A stretch of 64,000 nt of DNA. It comes from a virus (taxonomy: Duplodnaviria; Caudoviricetes). Where the stretch lies: IMG/VR virus record IMGVR_UViG_3300029288_000056, positions 128,001 through 192,000 of that record. The stretch is one strand, 5' to 3'. Shown in pieces: positions 56,715 to 64,000 of this stretch. The notes beneath the pieces were generated by a model. It was given only the letters and a program-made list of their open reading frames with translations, did no database searches and was not told the origin of the DNA. Numbering within the stretch: the stretch's first letter is position 1; every line of letters begins with the position of its first letter. The position numbers were made by a program, and so were the translations under genes.

Positions 56715-57100
56715 TTTAGCTCCTTATAACTGGGAATTATACCGTCACTCTTTGCAAATAGCAATATCTGTTCTATGCGATTTCTGATTTGAGATTCAAA
56801 ATCAACACTGTTATCGAGGACACCCCACCCATCAATATAGGGGACAAAGTTTTTACCTCCGCCACCATTTTTAGGTGTCCATACCCCATCAACCCACCAA
56901 TCGCCACCTCTTTTTGTATAATCGTATATGGTGATTCTAAAAGCATCATCACTGTTTATTATAATACCATCATCAGACACCAAACTGCACGACATTACCG
57001 CGGATACACACGGATAGTAGGCATCAGATTTTAAGTGATAGGACGGTTTATCGCCAAAAATGGACTTAACTAAATCATAAATCTCTTGTAACTTATTCAT
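56711..57100 (-). CDS. hypothetical protein
   Basis: Coupled ORF. Confidence 0.6.
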   Translation of the reverse strand: MNKLQEIYDLVKSIFGDKPSYHLKSDAYYPCVSAVMSCSLVSDDGIIINSDDAFRITIYDYTKRGGDWWVDGVWTPKNGGGGKNFVPYIDGWGVLDNSVDFESQIRNRIEQILLFAKSDGIIPSYKELK

Positions 57101-57390
57101 TTTATCTCCTTTTGGTATATCGTTTCATCGTAACGCACTTGATAGCGACAGGATGGGTACCAAACATTCAATGATGGAGCCTTAACGGCCTCTGTCACGT
57201 TAACGCCGACACCAGTTAACACCCTAGTAGCTACATCAAGAAAGTCTTGATGTCCCGTTTTTCCCTCTTTAGTACATGAGCCGGGCGAAATACTGAATGC
57301 GACGGATTGTTCACTGGTGGGGAATATATACAGGCAGCCAGCCTTCTTAAGGGTATCTACTACTAACCTAGTTGTAGTATTCATTTGCAC
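57097..57390 (-). CDS. hypothetical protein
   Basis: ORF. Confidence 0.6.
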   Translation of the reverse strand: MQMNTTTRLVVDTLKKAGCLYIFPTSEQSVAFSISPGSCTKEGKTGHQDFLDVATRVLTGVGVNVTEAVKAPSLNVWYPSCRYQVRYDETIYQKEIK

Positions 57391-57401
57391 CTTTCAAATT
57401 A

Positions 57402-57467
57402 GTTGTGGAAGAAGGATTCACACCTTCACCATTCCCATGGAATATTCTAATTAAACTATTCCACAAC
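57402..57467 (-). ncRNA. 66-nt mini-cloverleaf tRNA-like RNA
   Basis: 9-bp acceptor, 4-bp D arm, ATTCC-ATG-GGAAT, GAAGG-TGTGAAT-CCTTC. Confidence 0.6.
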
Positions 57468-57469
57468 CT

Positions 57470-58672
57470 CTATTCGTCTTTTTCCTTAAGCAAGAACTGG
57501 TTAGAAATCGCCTTGAAGCTCTTCTTGCTGAACGAGCAATCTACGTCGTTCTGGTTTCTGAACACAAGTCCCTCTCTCCGGCCGGCTGGGTAAATCACGG
57601 AATTCCCGTCAGCCATACTCAAGAGGTTGCCAATTATAGATCCGCGAGACTGATTGAATCTAGCTATGAGATCCTTGTCAATCTCAGCGCGGTCTATGAC
57701 GGCTTTTCGTTCCTGAGTAGCCTTGATCAAGTCTGCGCAAGCATCCTTAAATTCTGGTCTAGCCGAAATCACAAAGTCAGTTTCAATTACAGGAACAAAC
57801 TCAAGTCCCAATTCCGCAACAACAGACTTCATTTCGTCAAGGCTCAAGAACTTTTGAGTACTTATGTTGAAGACGTTGAACACGAACAACTTCTGTCCAG
57901 CAATCTTGTACTTGTTACCCTGAATTCCTTCGCCCACGATTTCACCCTGAATAGCGAAGTCGAAGCCGTTCTTTTCCCTGTAAGCCCGCATCTTCTCTTC
58001 TATATCATTCCAAAGAGCGACCTTCCAGTAGACGTTGTTTTCCTTCTTGCGAGGCTTGTAGCCCGTCACCTTATTCCAAATGGATCTAATCCAAGAAATC
58101 TTCTCCGGAAGATCCATCCGCTTCCAAGCGAGGTTTCTACTGCACACATCAAACATGTCCTTATGCAACATGAATGTGACAGAAGTTCCATCTAACTTCT
58201 CGGTGATGTAGAATCTCTCATCTATGAGGCCTTCGATTTCGCGGCCAAGATTCTGAATTCGCTCTTCGTCGGTCTTAGGCACACAACCGGGGAACAAACC
58301 TTTCGCATCTCCCCCGAGGCTTGCTGAAACCTTCGGCTCATAGAGCACAATGCCCAAGGCGTCAGTAACATCGTCGTCCTCGTTCCACTTACCCTTCGGC
58401 AAGATGGAAAGAGGAAAGCAAATACCCTGTGAAATTTGGCCGCGCAATTTTATGCTCTTAATACGAAACTTGCGATCCCTCAAGAACTCAAACTCTGGCT
58501 TCTCAGGAAAGACGGAATCAATTTCGCAAAATATGATTTTATCTCCCGCCTTATAAGCTTCGGACTTAAGAACAACGACGGCCCATCCTCCAACACGAAC
58601 ACCCTCTATAGAGTCGGCTCCCTCAATTGGGAATACCTCGTCCACTCGTCTAATTGTAGCTAATTTACGCAT
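57470..58672 (-). CDS. RNA ligase, DRB0094/Rnl5 family
   Basis: RKLATI..PIEGAD.IE, LRGQISQG, TEKLDGTS, QGE..G, EGLVFR, FK. Confidence 0.92.
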   Translation of the reverse strand: MRKLATIRRVDEVFPIEGADSIEGVRVGGWAVVVLKSEAYKAGDKIIFCEIDSVFPEKPEFEFLRDRKFRIKSIKLRGQISQGICFPLSILPKGKWNEDDDVTDALGIVLYEPKVSASLGGDAKGLFPGCVPKTDEERIQNLGREIEGLIDERFYITEKLDGTSVTFMLHKDMFDVCSRNLAWKRMDLPEKISWIRSIWNKVTGYKPRKKENNVYWKVALWNDIEEKMRAYREKNGFDFAIQGEIVGEGIQGNKYKIAGQKLFVFNVFNISTQKFLSLDEMKSVVAELGLEFVPVIETDFVISARPEFKDACADLIKATQERKAVIDRAEIDKDLIARFNQSRGSIIGNLLSMADGNSVIYPAGRREGLVFRNQNDVDCSFSKKSFKAISNQFLLKEKDE

Positions 58673-58696
58673 TTTAAGCTCTCCTTATGATGCTTC

Positions 58697-58990
58697 TCAA
58701 TGACTTTTCCAATAATCAGTGACGTTTGGCATTTCTCCACGTTTAGCCTTTTCGACAGCCGGGAGTTCATACTTAATAAGCATTTCAAGTTCTCTTACAA
58801 CAGAATCAAAATCAATGTCACTACTTATAGGGTGATCTTCTGGCCATCTTTTCCTATAATCCTCTGTGCAAGGGTTAACAGCGAAGAATTTTTCTGCTGT
58901 TTGCCATACACCAAACCCCTTTTCGGTAGGAAGAATGTAAAATCCTAACTCAAGAGCCTGCTTAATTATTTTGGCCTGTCTATTAAACAT
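58697..58990 (-). CDS. hypothetical protein
   Basis: GGAGG RBS after a promoter. Confidence 0.6.
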   Translation of the reverse strand: MFNRQAKIIKQALELGFYILPTEKGFGVWQTAEKFFAVNPCTEDYRKRWPEDHPISSDIDFDSVVRELEMLIKYELPAVEKAKRGEMPNVTDYWKSH

Positions 58991-59011
58991 TTTTCCTCCT
59001 ATTTTCAAGTC

Positions 59012-59042
59012 ATAATATCATAGGTCGTTACAAAAGTCAAGC
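59012..59042 (-). promoter_or_regulatory. conserved phage promoter (divergent pair)
   Basis: TTGACT-17-TATTAT, extended TG. Confidence 0.8.
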
Positions 59043-59102
59043 ACTTTTTTCGGAATTAGTTCTAGAAAGTTTCCCATATGTTATACTGTAAGCGAAGATT
59101 TA

Positions 59103-59133
59103 GCTTGACTTTTTGGCCATCTTATGTTATATT
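59103..59133 (+). promoter_or_regulatory. conserved phage promoter for the deacetylase gene
   Basis: TTGACT-17-TATATT, extended TG. Confidence 0.8.
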
Positions 59134-59153
59134 GTATTCATAGAAAGGAAGTT

Positions 59154-60365
59154 ATGGATTCTAAAACACAGAAAAACGAACTACAATTTGAGCTGGCACC
59201 TGAGGCTATAGCGCTTATACAGAGTGCTCAAGACTTCCTGAACCAGTTTAACCAATCATCCGAAGAGTTTAATCAGCTCTCAAGTTCTACAATTGCGAGT
59301 ATAGCTAATCGGTTGAAGATTTTCAGAATGAACCCCACTGAAGATCAGCAGATAGCTCTTCTTAATAATCTGTTAGACATATTCAGTGAGATTGAGACTA
59401 ACTACAATGACGCGATATTGAACTTCGCCAACTACGTAGGCAACGCTTCGCTAGAATTGGCAGGTAGGTTTATGGGCAAGGATCATGGACCGATACCGGG
59501 TAAACTCAAGGTAGTTTTCTCACCAAAAATGTCTGCTACAAATCCGGGGGCTTATTCCCCATCAGCAGGTAAACCGGCCAAGGCCGTAAACGACTGGCTG
59601 TCAATACCAGACATTGCTAAGTACATCACGGTCGTTGAACCACAAGCTGCAACGCCAGAAGAAATATCAGGCGCCCATAATCAGTTCTACGTTTATGGAA
59701 TCCTGAATAGGGTTATCGCGAACGGATTTGGTAACTATAACGCCGAAGTCGCAGCTTCACTACCTTATACAAGTGGCGCAATGATAACGGCAGCGTTGAT
59801 CGCTCTAGAGGATAAGACAGCAGTTTGCGCACCAACTTCTGGGTTTCATCATGCAACTTACAGTGGTGGTGGAGGCTTCTGCACATTCAACGGATTAATG
59901 GTTGCAGCAGTTGAACTCCTGAAAGAGGGTCTAGTAAAAAAGGTGGGTATCCTCGATTGTGATGAGCATTACGGAAACGGAACGGATAACATCATTAGAA
60001 AGCTTGACCTTGGTGGTAAGATAATGCACTTCACAATGGGCGATCTTTTCACAAACGCCGCACAAGCAAAGTACTTCTTGTCGGTTCTACCGGAGATAGT
60101 GGAGCACATGGCTCAGAACTGCGACATCATCTTCTATCAAGCCGGCGCGGATCCTCACATCAACGACCCACTTGGTGGTTGGCTAACAGACGAACAGCTT
60201 CAAGAGAGAGATAGAATCGTATTCACTACGGTTAAGAAATATAACACGCCTCTCGTGTGGAACTTAGCCGGTGGATATCAGGTCGGTGTTAACGGAGATC
60301 TCGAAAAGGTCCTTAGGATTCACCGCAATACAATTAAGGAAGCTATCAACGCTTACGCTTCATAA
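59154..60365 (+). CDS. Zn-dependent histone-deacetylase-family amidohydrolase with a helical N-terminal extension
   Basis: GFHHA, GGFC.FN, DCDEHYGNGT, YQAGAD, AGGY; start reset because ATG 59124 lies inside the promoter. Confidence 0.88.
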   Translation: MDSKTQKNELQFELAPEAIALIQSAQDFLNQFNQSSEEFNQLSSSTIASIANRLKIFRMNPTEDQQIALLNNLLDIFSEIETNYNDAILNFANYVGNASLELAGRFMGKDHGPIPGKLKVVFSPKMSATNPGAYSPSAGKPAKAVNDWLSIPDIAKYITVVEPQAATPEEISGAHNQFYVYGILNRVIANGFGNYNAEVAASLPYTSGAMITAALIALEDKTAVCAPTSGFHHATYSGGGGFCTFNGLMVAAVELLKEGLVKKVGILDCDEHYGNGTDNIIRKLDLGGKIMHFTMGDLFTNAAQAKYFLSVLPEIVEHMAQNCDIIFYQAGADPHINDPLGGWLTDEQLQERDRIVFTTVKKYNTPLVWNLAGGYQVGVNGDLEKVLRIHRNTIKEAINAYAS

Positions 60366-60399
60366 AAAAGTCCTCTAGTTTATCTAGAGGATTTTTTTT
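60364..60399. terminator. bidirectional intrinsic terminator
   Basis: A6-g-TCCTCTAG-tttat-CTAGAGGA-T8 between convergent genes. Confidence 0.8.
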
Positions 60400-61450
60400 G
60401 CCCAAAAGCTTTTAAAACTTCGTCAGCTATCATTCTCGGCGTTATTTCTTGCCAACATCTTCCATAACCGTATTCGTCCGGGTGCTGGCAAGGTTCGTCC
60501 CATTTTTTCCAACAAGGTATACACGGCAGTTGGGACGACTCCAAGATTCTAACGCGGGGATGATACTTTGTTCTTGCATAAGAGGATGAAGGCCCAAACA
60601 GACCGACGGTCGGTGTTTGAAAAGCGGCACCCAAATGAAGGGCTGCGCTATCACAAGAAACAATCACATCGGCTAAACTAATGAGCGCAACAAAGTCGTC
60701 TATGGTTGGGGTTATTCCAGTCATAACTCTCGTCTTGTAGCCCTTAAGCCAATTGAAGTCAGCTACATTAGGGTCTTCGTTCAACGACATTATTTGATCC
60801 GGATAACCAATCATAAGACAGTTGGCCGTCTGTGCGATTATCTCAGCCGCCTCTAGAAGCTGTCGCGGAGGATAGGTCCTCAATAACGAACTCGCAGCTA
60901 ACTGCCAAATCACTAAAGGCCTGTTATCCCAGTGAGATGTGTAGAAGTTATTATGTATTCCTAGAGTCTTCCCCTTAAACCACGATATGTACTTTGAGAC
61001 GTTTTCTTCTTTTGGATAACACTCTAAAGTATGGTCCGTCAGTTCTAACCCAAACTGTTGAGCTATAACATCAATACCATCCCCACTGAAATCATGTAGA
61101 AGTCCATGATCCATAACTACGAGGTTTTTACCCAGTAGTAGATCCTTCTTGATGGGGAACAGCCAAATGTTTTCTAGGTTAGGATTATTTTGCAGAACGG
61201 TCGCACCATAGGAGGAGACCAGACTGACCTTCTTGCCAAGGGCCCTAAGTGTTGGAGTAAACATTAGTGCGTCCCCAATTGCAAGCTGCATAGCAATAAC
61301 GACGTCGTTAAGACCCGTCGTTTGTTGCCAATCTAGAAGGTTAATACCTTCCCAATCATCCTCTATTGTTTCTCCGGGAGCGCAATCTTTGAAGTTATAC
61401 GGTGTTAAGTATACGTCTTGGCCACAGCGAGAAAACGTAAATAAACTCAT
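60380..61450 (-). CDS. glycosyltransferase family 9 (heptosyltransferase-like)
   Basis: AIGD.L..TP.LR, NNP, DS..LHL.AA..P.VGLFGP, C.PC. Confidence 0.85.
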   Translation of the reverse strand: MSLFTFSRCGQDVYLTPYNFKDCAPGETIEDDWEGINLLDWQQTTGLNDVVIAMQLAIGDALMFTPTLRALGKKVSLVSSYGATVLQNNPNLENIWLFPIKKDLLLGKNLVVMDHGLLHDFSGDGIDVIAQQFGLELTDHTLECYPKEENVSKYISWFKGKTLGIHNNFYTSHWDNRPLVIWQLAASSLLRTYPPRQLLEAAEIIAQTANCLMIGYPDQIMSLNEDPNVADFNWLKGYKTRVMTGITPTIDDFVALISLADVIVSCDSAALHLGAAFQTPTVGLFGPSSSYARTKYHPRVRILESSQLPCIPCWKKWDEPCQHPDEYGYGRCWQEITPRMIADEVLKAFGQKKSSR

Positions 61451-62037
61451 AGTTCAAAATGAGCAGAAAATACTTTGCGAATTCTCTCTTGAACGGTTTG
61501 CTCTGAGAAATTAGAGTTAACAACCGTTATGCGTTCCGGGTTACTGTATGCAAGACTTTGGTATCCGCATTGAATGTTGAACAGTGAATTAGAGAGCGAC
61601 TCTCTGTCATCCGTCCCAGCCTCGTCTCTCTTCTCAATACGCTCTATAGCTTTATCAACCTCAATGTCTAACAGGATGGTGAGACTAGGTTTAATTGTGT
61701 AGAACCGTTCGTACAAGTCGTTATAGTAGTTAAGCCCAGCGCCGTAAATTTGGTAGGCGTAGAAGCTGTCAAAGTAGCGGTCTATTATAACAAATCCTTT
61801 TCTTCGCCCAGTGAGAAGTGGTTCGATCTGGTTGGTAAGGTTGTGTAGGTCTGCCAAATAAAGAAGAGCCTTAGTGTCTTGGTCGTAGTCCTTCATCGTC
61901 AGATCCTTAATATCCTTAACATAAGGAGCTTTCAGCGCCATAGCTTGGTGACCGTTTTCTTTCAACCACTGAGCTAACAGGGCAGACTGGTACGTCTTAC
62001 CCGAACCGTCAATTCCTTCTAATGTAATGAGCTTCAC
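61447..62037 (-). CDS. tmk: thymidylate kinase
   Basis: [16 protein letters not shown]. Confidence 0.92.
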   Translation of the reverse strand: MKLITLEGIDGSGKTYQSALLAQWLKENGHQAMALKAPYVKDIKDLTMKDYDQDTKALLYLADLHNLTNQIEPLLTGRRKGFVIIDRYFDSFYAYQIYGAGLNYYNDLYERFYTIKPSLTILLDIEVDKAIERIEKRDEAGTDDRESLSNSLFNIQCGYQSLAYSNPERITVVNSNFSEQTVQERIRKVFSAHFEL

Positions 62038-63038
62038 GTAGTCACCTTATTTGCTATTTTTTCTCTAACCTTTGCTTCGATCTCGTCGGAAATGTCTGGG
62101 TGTTCCTCTAACCATTCCTTGGTTTTTTCAATCCCATGGCCTATTCTCGTTTCCCCGTAACTGTACCACGTTCCTGATTTGTCCACAATCTTATATTCAA
62201 CACCAAGCTCTATGATCTCCCCTAACTTACTGATACCTTTTCCATACACGATATCGAACTCCGTCGTTTGAAACGGAATGGCTAGCTTGTTCTTTGCGAT
62301 CTTAACTTTGGTCCTTCCGCCGGAAATTGTGTCTCCCGTAGTTATCTGCCCTGTTCTACGAATATCAATACGGACAGATGCATAGAACTTAAGTGCGCGC
62401 CCTCCTGTCGTTACGGTTGGATCACCATACATGACGCCGATCTTCTCGCGCAATTGGTTAATGAAGATACAGCAGGTATTTGTCTTACTGATAACGAACG
62501 TGAGTTTCCTTAAGGCCTGAGACATAAGTCTTGCATGAAGGCCCATGTGTGAGTCACCGAAGTCTCCCTCAATCTCAGCCTTAGGAACCAAAGCTGCTAC
62601 CGAGTCAATAACAATAACATCAAAGGACTTGGATTTAATCAAAGACTCCACAATACCTAAAGCTTGCTCTCCAGAGTCAGGTTGAGACACGTAAAGCTTA
62701 GTAACGTCAACCCCTAGAGCTTGAGCATAGGGAATCGAAAGCGCATTTTCTACGTCGATGAAGGCTGCGTATCCACCATTTTTTTGAGCGTTAGCAATGA
62801 TGTGAAGGCTTAGAGTCGTCTTACCTGATGCGTCAGGCCCGAATATTTCAACTATTCTTCCCCTAGGGACGCCACCTATGCCTAAGGCGTTATCCAGACC
62901 AATACTGCCGGTACTGATAACATCGACGTCTTTGGTTACTTGAGACTCACCCATATACATAACAGAGCCTTTACCATAATTCTTTTCTAATGCTTCAATT
63001 GCGTCTTGTATTGCTTTAAATTTTTCACTGTCTTCCAT
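62034..63038 (-). CDS. recA: recombinase A
   Basis: [35 protein letters not shown]. Confidence 0.97.
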   Translation of the reverse strand: MEDSEKFKAIQDAIEALEKNYGKGSVMYMGESQVTKDVDVISTGSIGLDNALGIGGVPRGRIVEIFGPDASGKTTLSLHIIANAQKNGGYAAFIDVENALSIPYAQALGVDVTKLYVSQPDSGEQALGIVESLIKSKSFDVIVIDSVAALVPKAEIEGDFGDSHMGLHARLMSQALRKLTFVISKTNTCCIFINQLREKIGVMYGDPTVTTGGRALKFYASVRIDIRRTGQITTGDTISGGRTKVKIAKNKLAIPFQTTEFDIVYGKGISKLGEIIELGVEYKIVDKSGTWYSYGETRIGHGIEKTKEWLEEHPDISDEIEAKVREKIANKVTT

Positions 63039-63054
63039 TTTTATTCTCCTATTT

Positions 63055-63783
63055 TTATATGCGGTCCAAATATATATCTGTGCCGGGATACTTGTTTCTT
63101 AGTTCTTCGTCCTTCTCCCACCAATATTCTTCGTAAAACTTATCTTCAATTTCTCTTTCTTTTTCCCACTCTTTTTCATCCCATTCTTTTCTGTCTTCCT
63201 CGTCATTTGCATATCTTATATTTAGCTCAATGTGTCCGCACTCTGGATCACTATGTAGACTGATCTCAATTTTTCTAACGCCGAAGTATTCCTTAATCTT
63301 CTCTATAACGGGCTTCAGGTCGTCCACCAGACCTCTGCGCATCATCAGGTACTCTACAAGCTCTTCTTTTGTCATAACAATCCAACATGACTCTGGCGGA
63401 ACGATTTTGTCACTTAAGAACTCGCGAACCTTAGCTAGTTCCTTTTTACTGTTCTCGAGTATTTCACTATCTTCGTCAGACTTTACAGAATAGAACATTC
63501 TCTCAAAAACGCTTAGGCGATACTCATCCCAAGTCATGTCATAACGCCCAAAATCTATTTCTTTGATATGATTAAACTCATCCTCATCACACAAGTCGTC
63601 AGATGATTGCCCCCAAAGAACGTATTCACCATCTTCATCCTTCATGTAAAAAAGTTCACACAACTCTACATCACCGGATAAGTGCTGTACAAAGGCATAC
63701 ATCCAATGATGCTCTAGTTCACGGAACTCACTGGCATTATGCAGTAGGTCTCTCTCGTCATAAACCTTAATAAAAACGCTCAT
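63055..63783 (-). CDS. acidic hypothetical protein
   Basis: 242-aa ORF. Confidence 0.7.
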   Translation of the reverse strand: MSVFIKVYDERDLLHNASEFRELEHHWMYAFVQHLSGDVELCELFYMKDEDGEYVLWGQSSDDLCDEDEFNHIKEIDFGRYDMTWDEYRLSVFERMFYSVKSDEDSEILENSKKELAKVREFLSDKIVPPESCWIVMTKEELVEYLMMRRGLVDDLKPVIEKIKEYFGVRKIEISLHSDPECGHIELNIRYANDEEDRKEWDEKEWEKEREIEDKFYEEYWWEKDEELRNKYPGTDIYLDRI

Positions 63784-63998
63784 GTTTTCTCCGTATCTGT
63801 TAAGTCTTTATTCTCTTCCTCTAACTTCCTCCAAGAACCATGCATATGCTCTCTTAAATTCAGGAAGGGATTTTCGTTATCTCCGCTACCCCAACATTTA
63901 TCACAGATACAAGGTCTTATAACATTATAGAACGCCGTCCAAATACTATTATTAAAATAGTATAATTCTCCCATACCGTTACATTTTAGACAAGTCAT
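63780..63998 (-). CDS. DnaJ-type zinc-finger small protein
   Basis: CxxCxGxG twice. Confidence 0.55.
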   Translation of the reverse strand: MTCLKCNGMGELYYFNNSIWTAFYNVIRPCICDKCWGSGDNENPFLNLREHMHGSWRKLEEENKDLTDTEKT

Positions 63999-64000
63999 TT

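Noticed and set aside
691-59133. AAAAGTCAAGC repeats as a CRISPR array or att sites
   Set aside because: They are dispersed, not regularly spaced, and each has a correctly placed -10 box, so they are promoters
45-63493. Many plus-strand ORFs in the track
   Set aside because: They are antisense shadows of minus-strand genes or tRNAs, with no recognisable motifs; only 59154..60365 is supported
1-64000. Bacterial chromosome origin suggested by recA, clpX, def, ssrA, tmk and gmk
   Set aside because: The usual operon partners are missing, and the single-strand packing of tiny ORFs, scattered tRNAs and homing endonucleases point to a large phage

Overview
64 kb of a large (jumbo-type) bacteriophage genome, with no structural genes apart from one possible fragment. 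About 130 tightly packed ORFs lie on the minus strand, mostly short hypotheticals with AGGAG/GGAGG ribosome-binding sites. The only credible plus-strand gene is a Zn-dependent HDAC-family deacetylase. The standard genetic code fits. RNA genes read by eye: 14 tRNAs (4 Ser, 4 Leu, 2 Thr, Gln, His, Phe, Lys; none encodes CCA), a tmRNA whose tag appears to be only (A)AA-stop, and four tRNA-shaped RNAs without a normal anticodon arm, one possibly Y-RNA-like. Recognisable proteins: a PRPS-like plus NAMPT-like pair (NARP1-type), NrdJ, RecA, Tmk, Gmk, ClpX, an HslV-like protease, two AAA ATPases, Def, a GGQ release-factor-like protein, a Thg1-like polymerase, a DRB0094-type RNA ligase, an intein-containing nucleotidyltransferase, a Cas4-like nuclease, a DNA methyltransferase, a GT9 glycosyltransferase and five HNH endonucleases. 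A conserved sigma70-type promoter (GCTTGACTT..TGnTAnnnT) recurs 13 times. The best candidate for an undescribed system is a tRNA-mimic, tRNA-repair and ribosome-rescue toolkit. All calls come from manual motif reading and hand folding; no searches were run.
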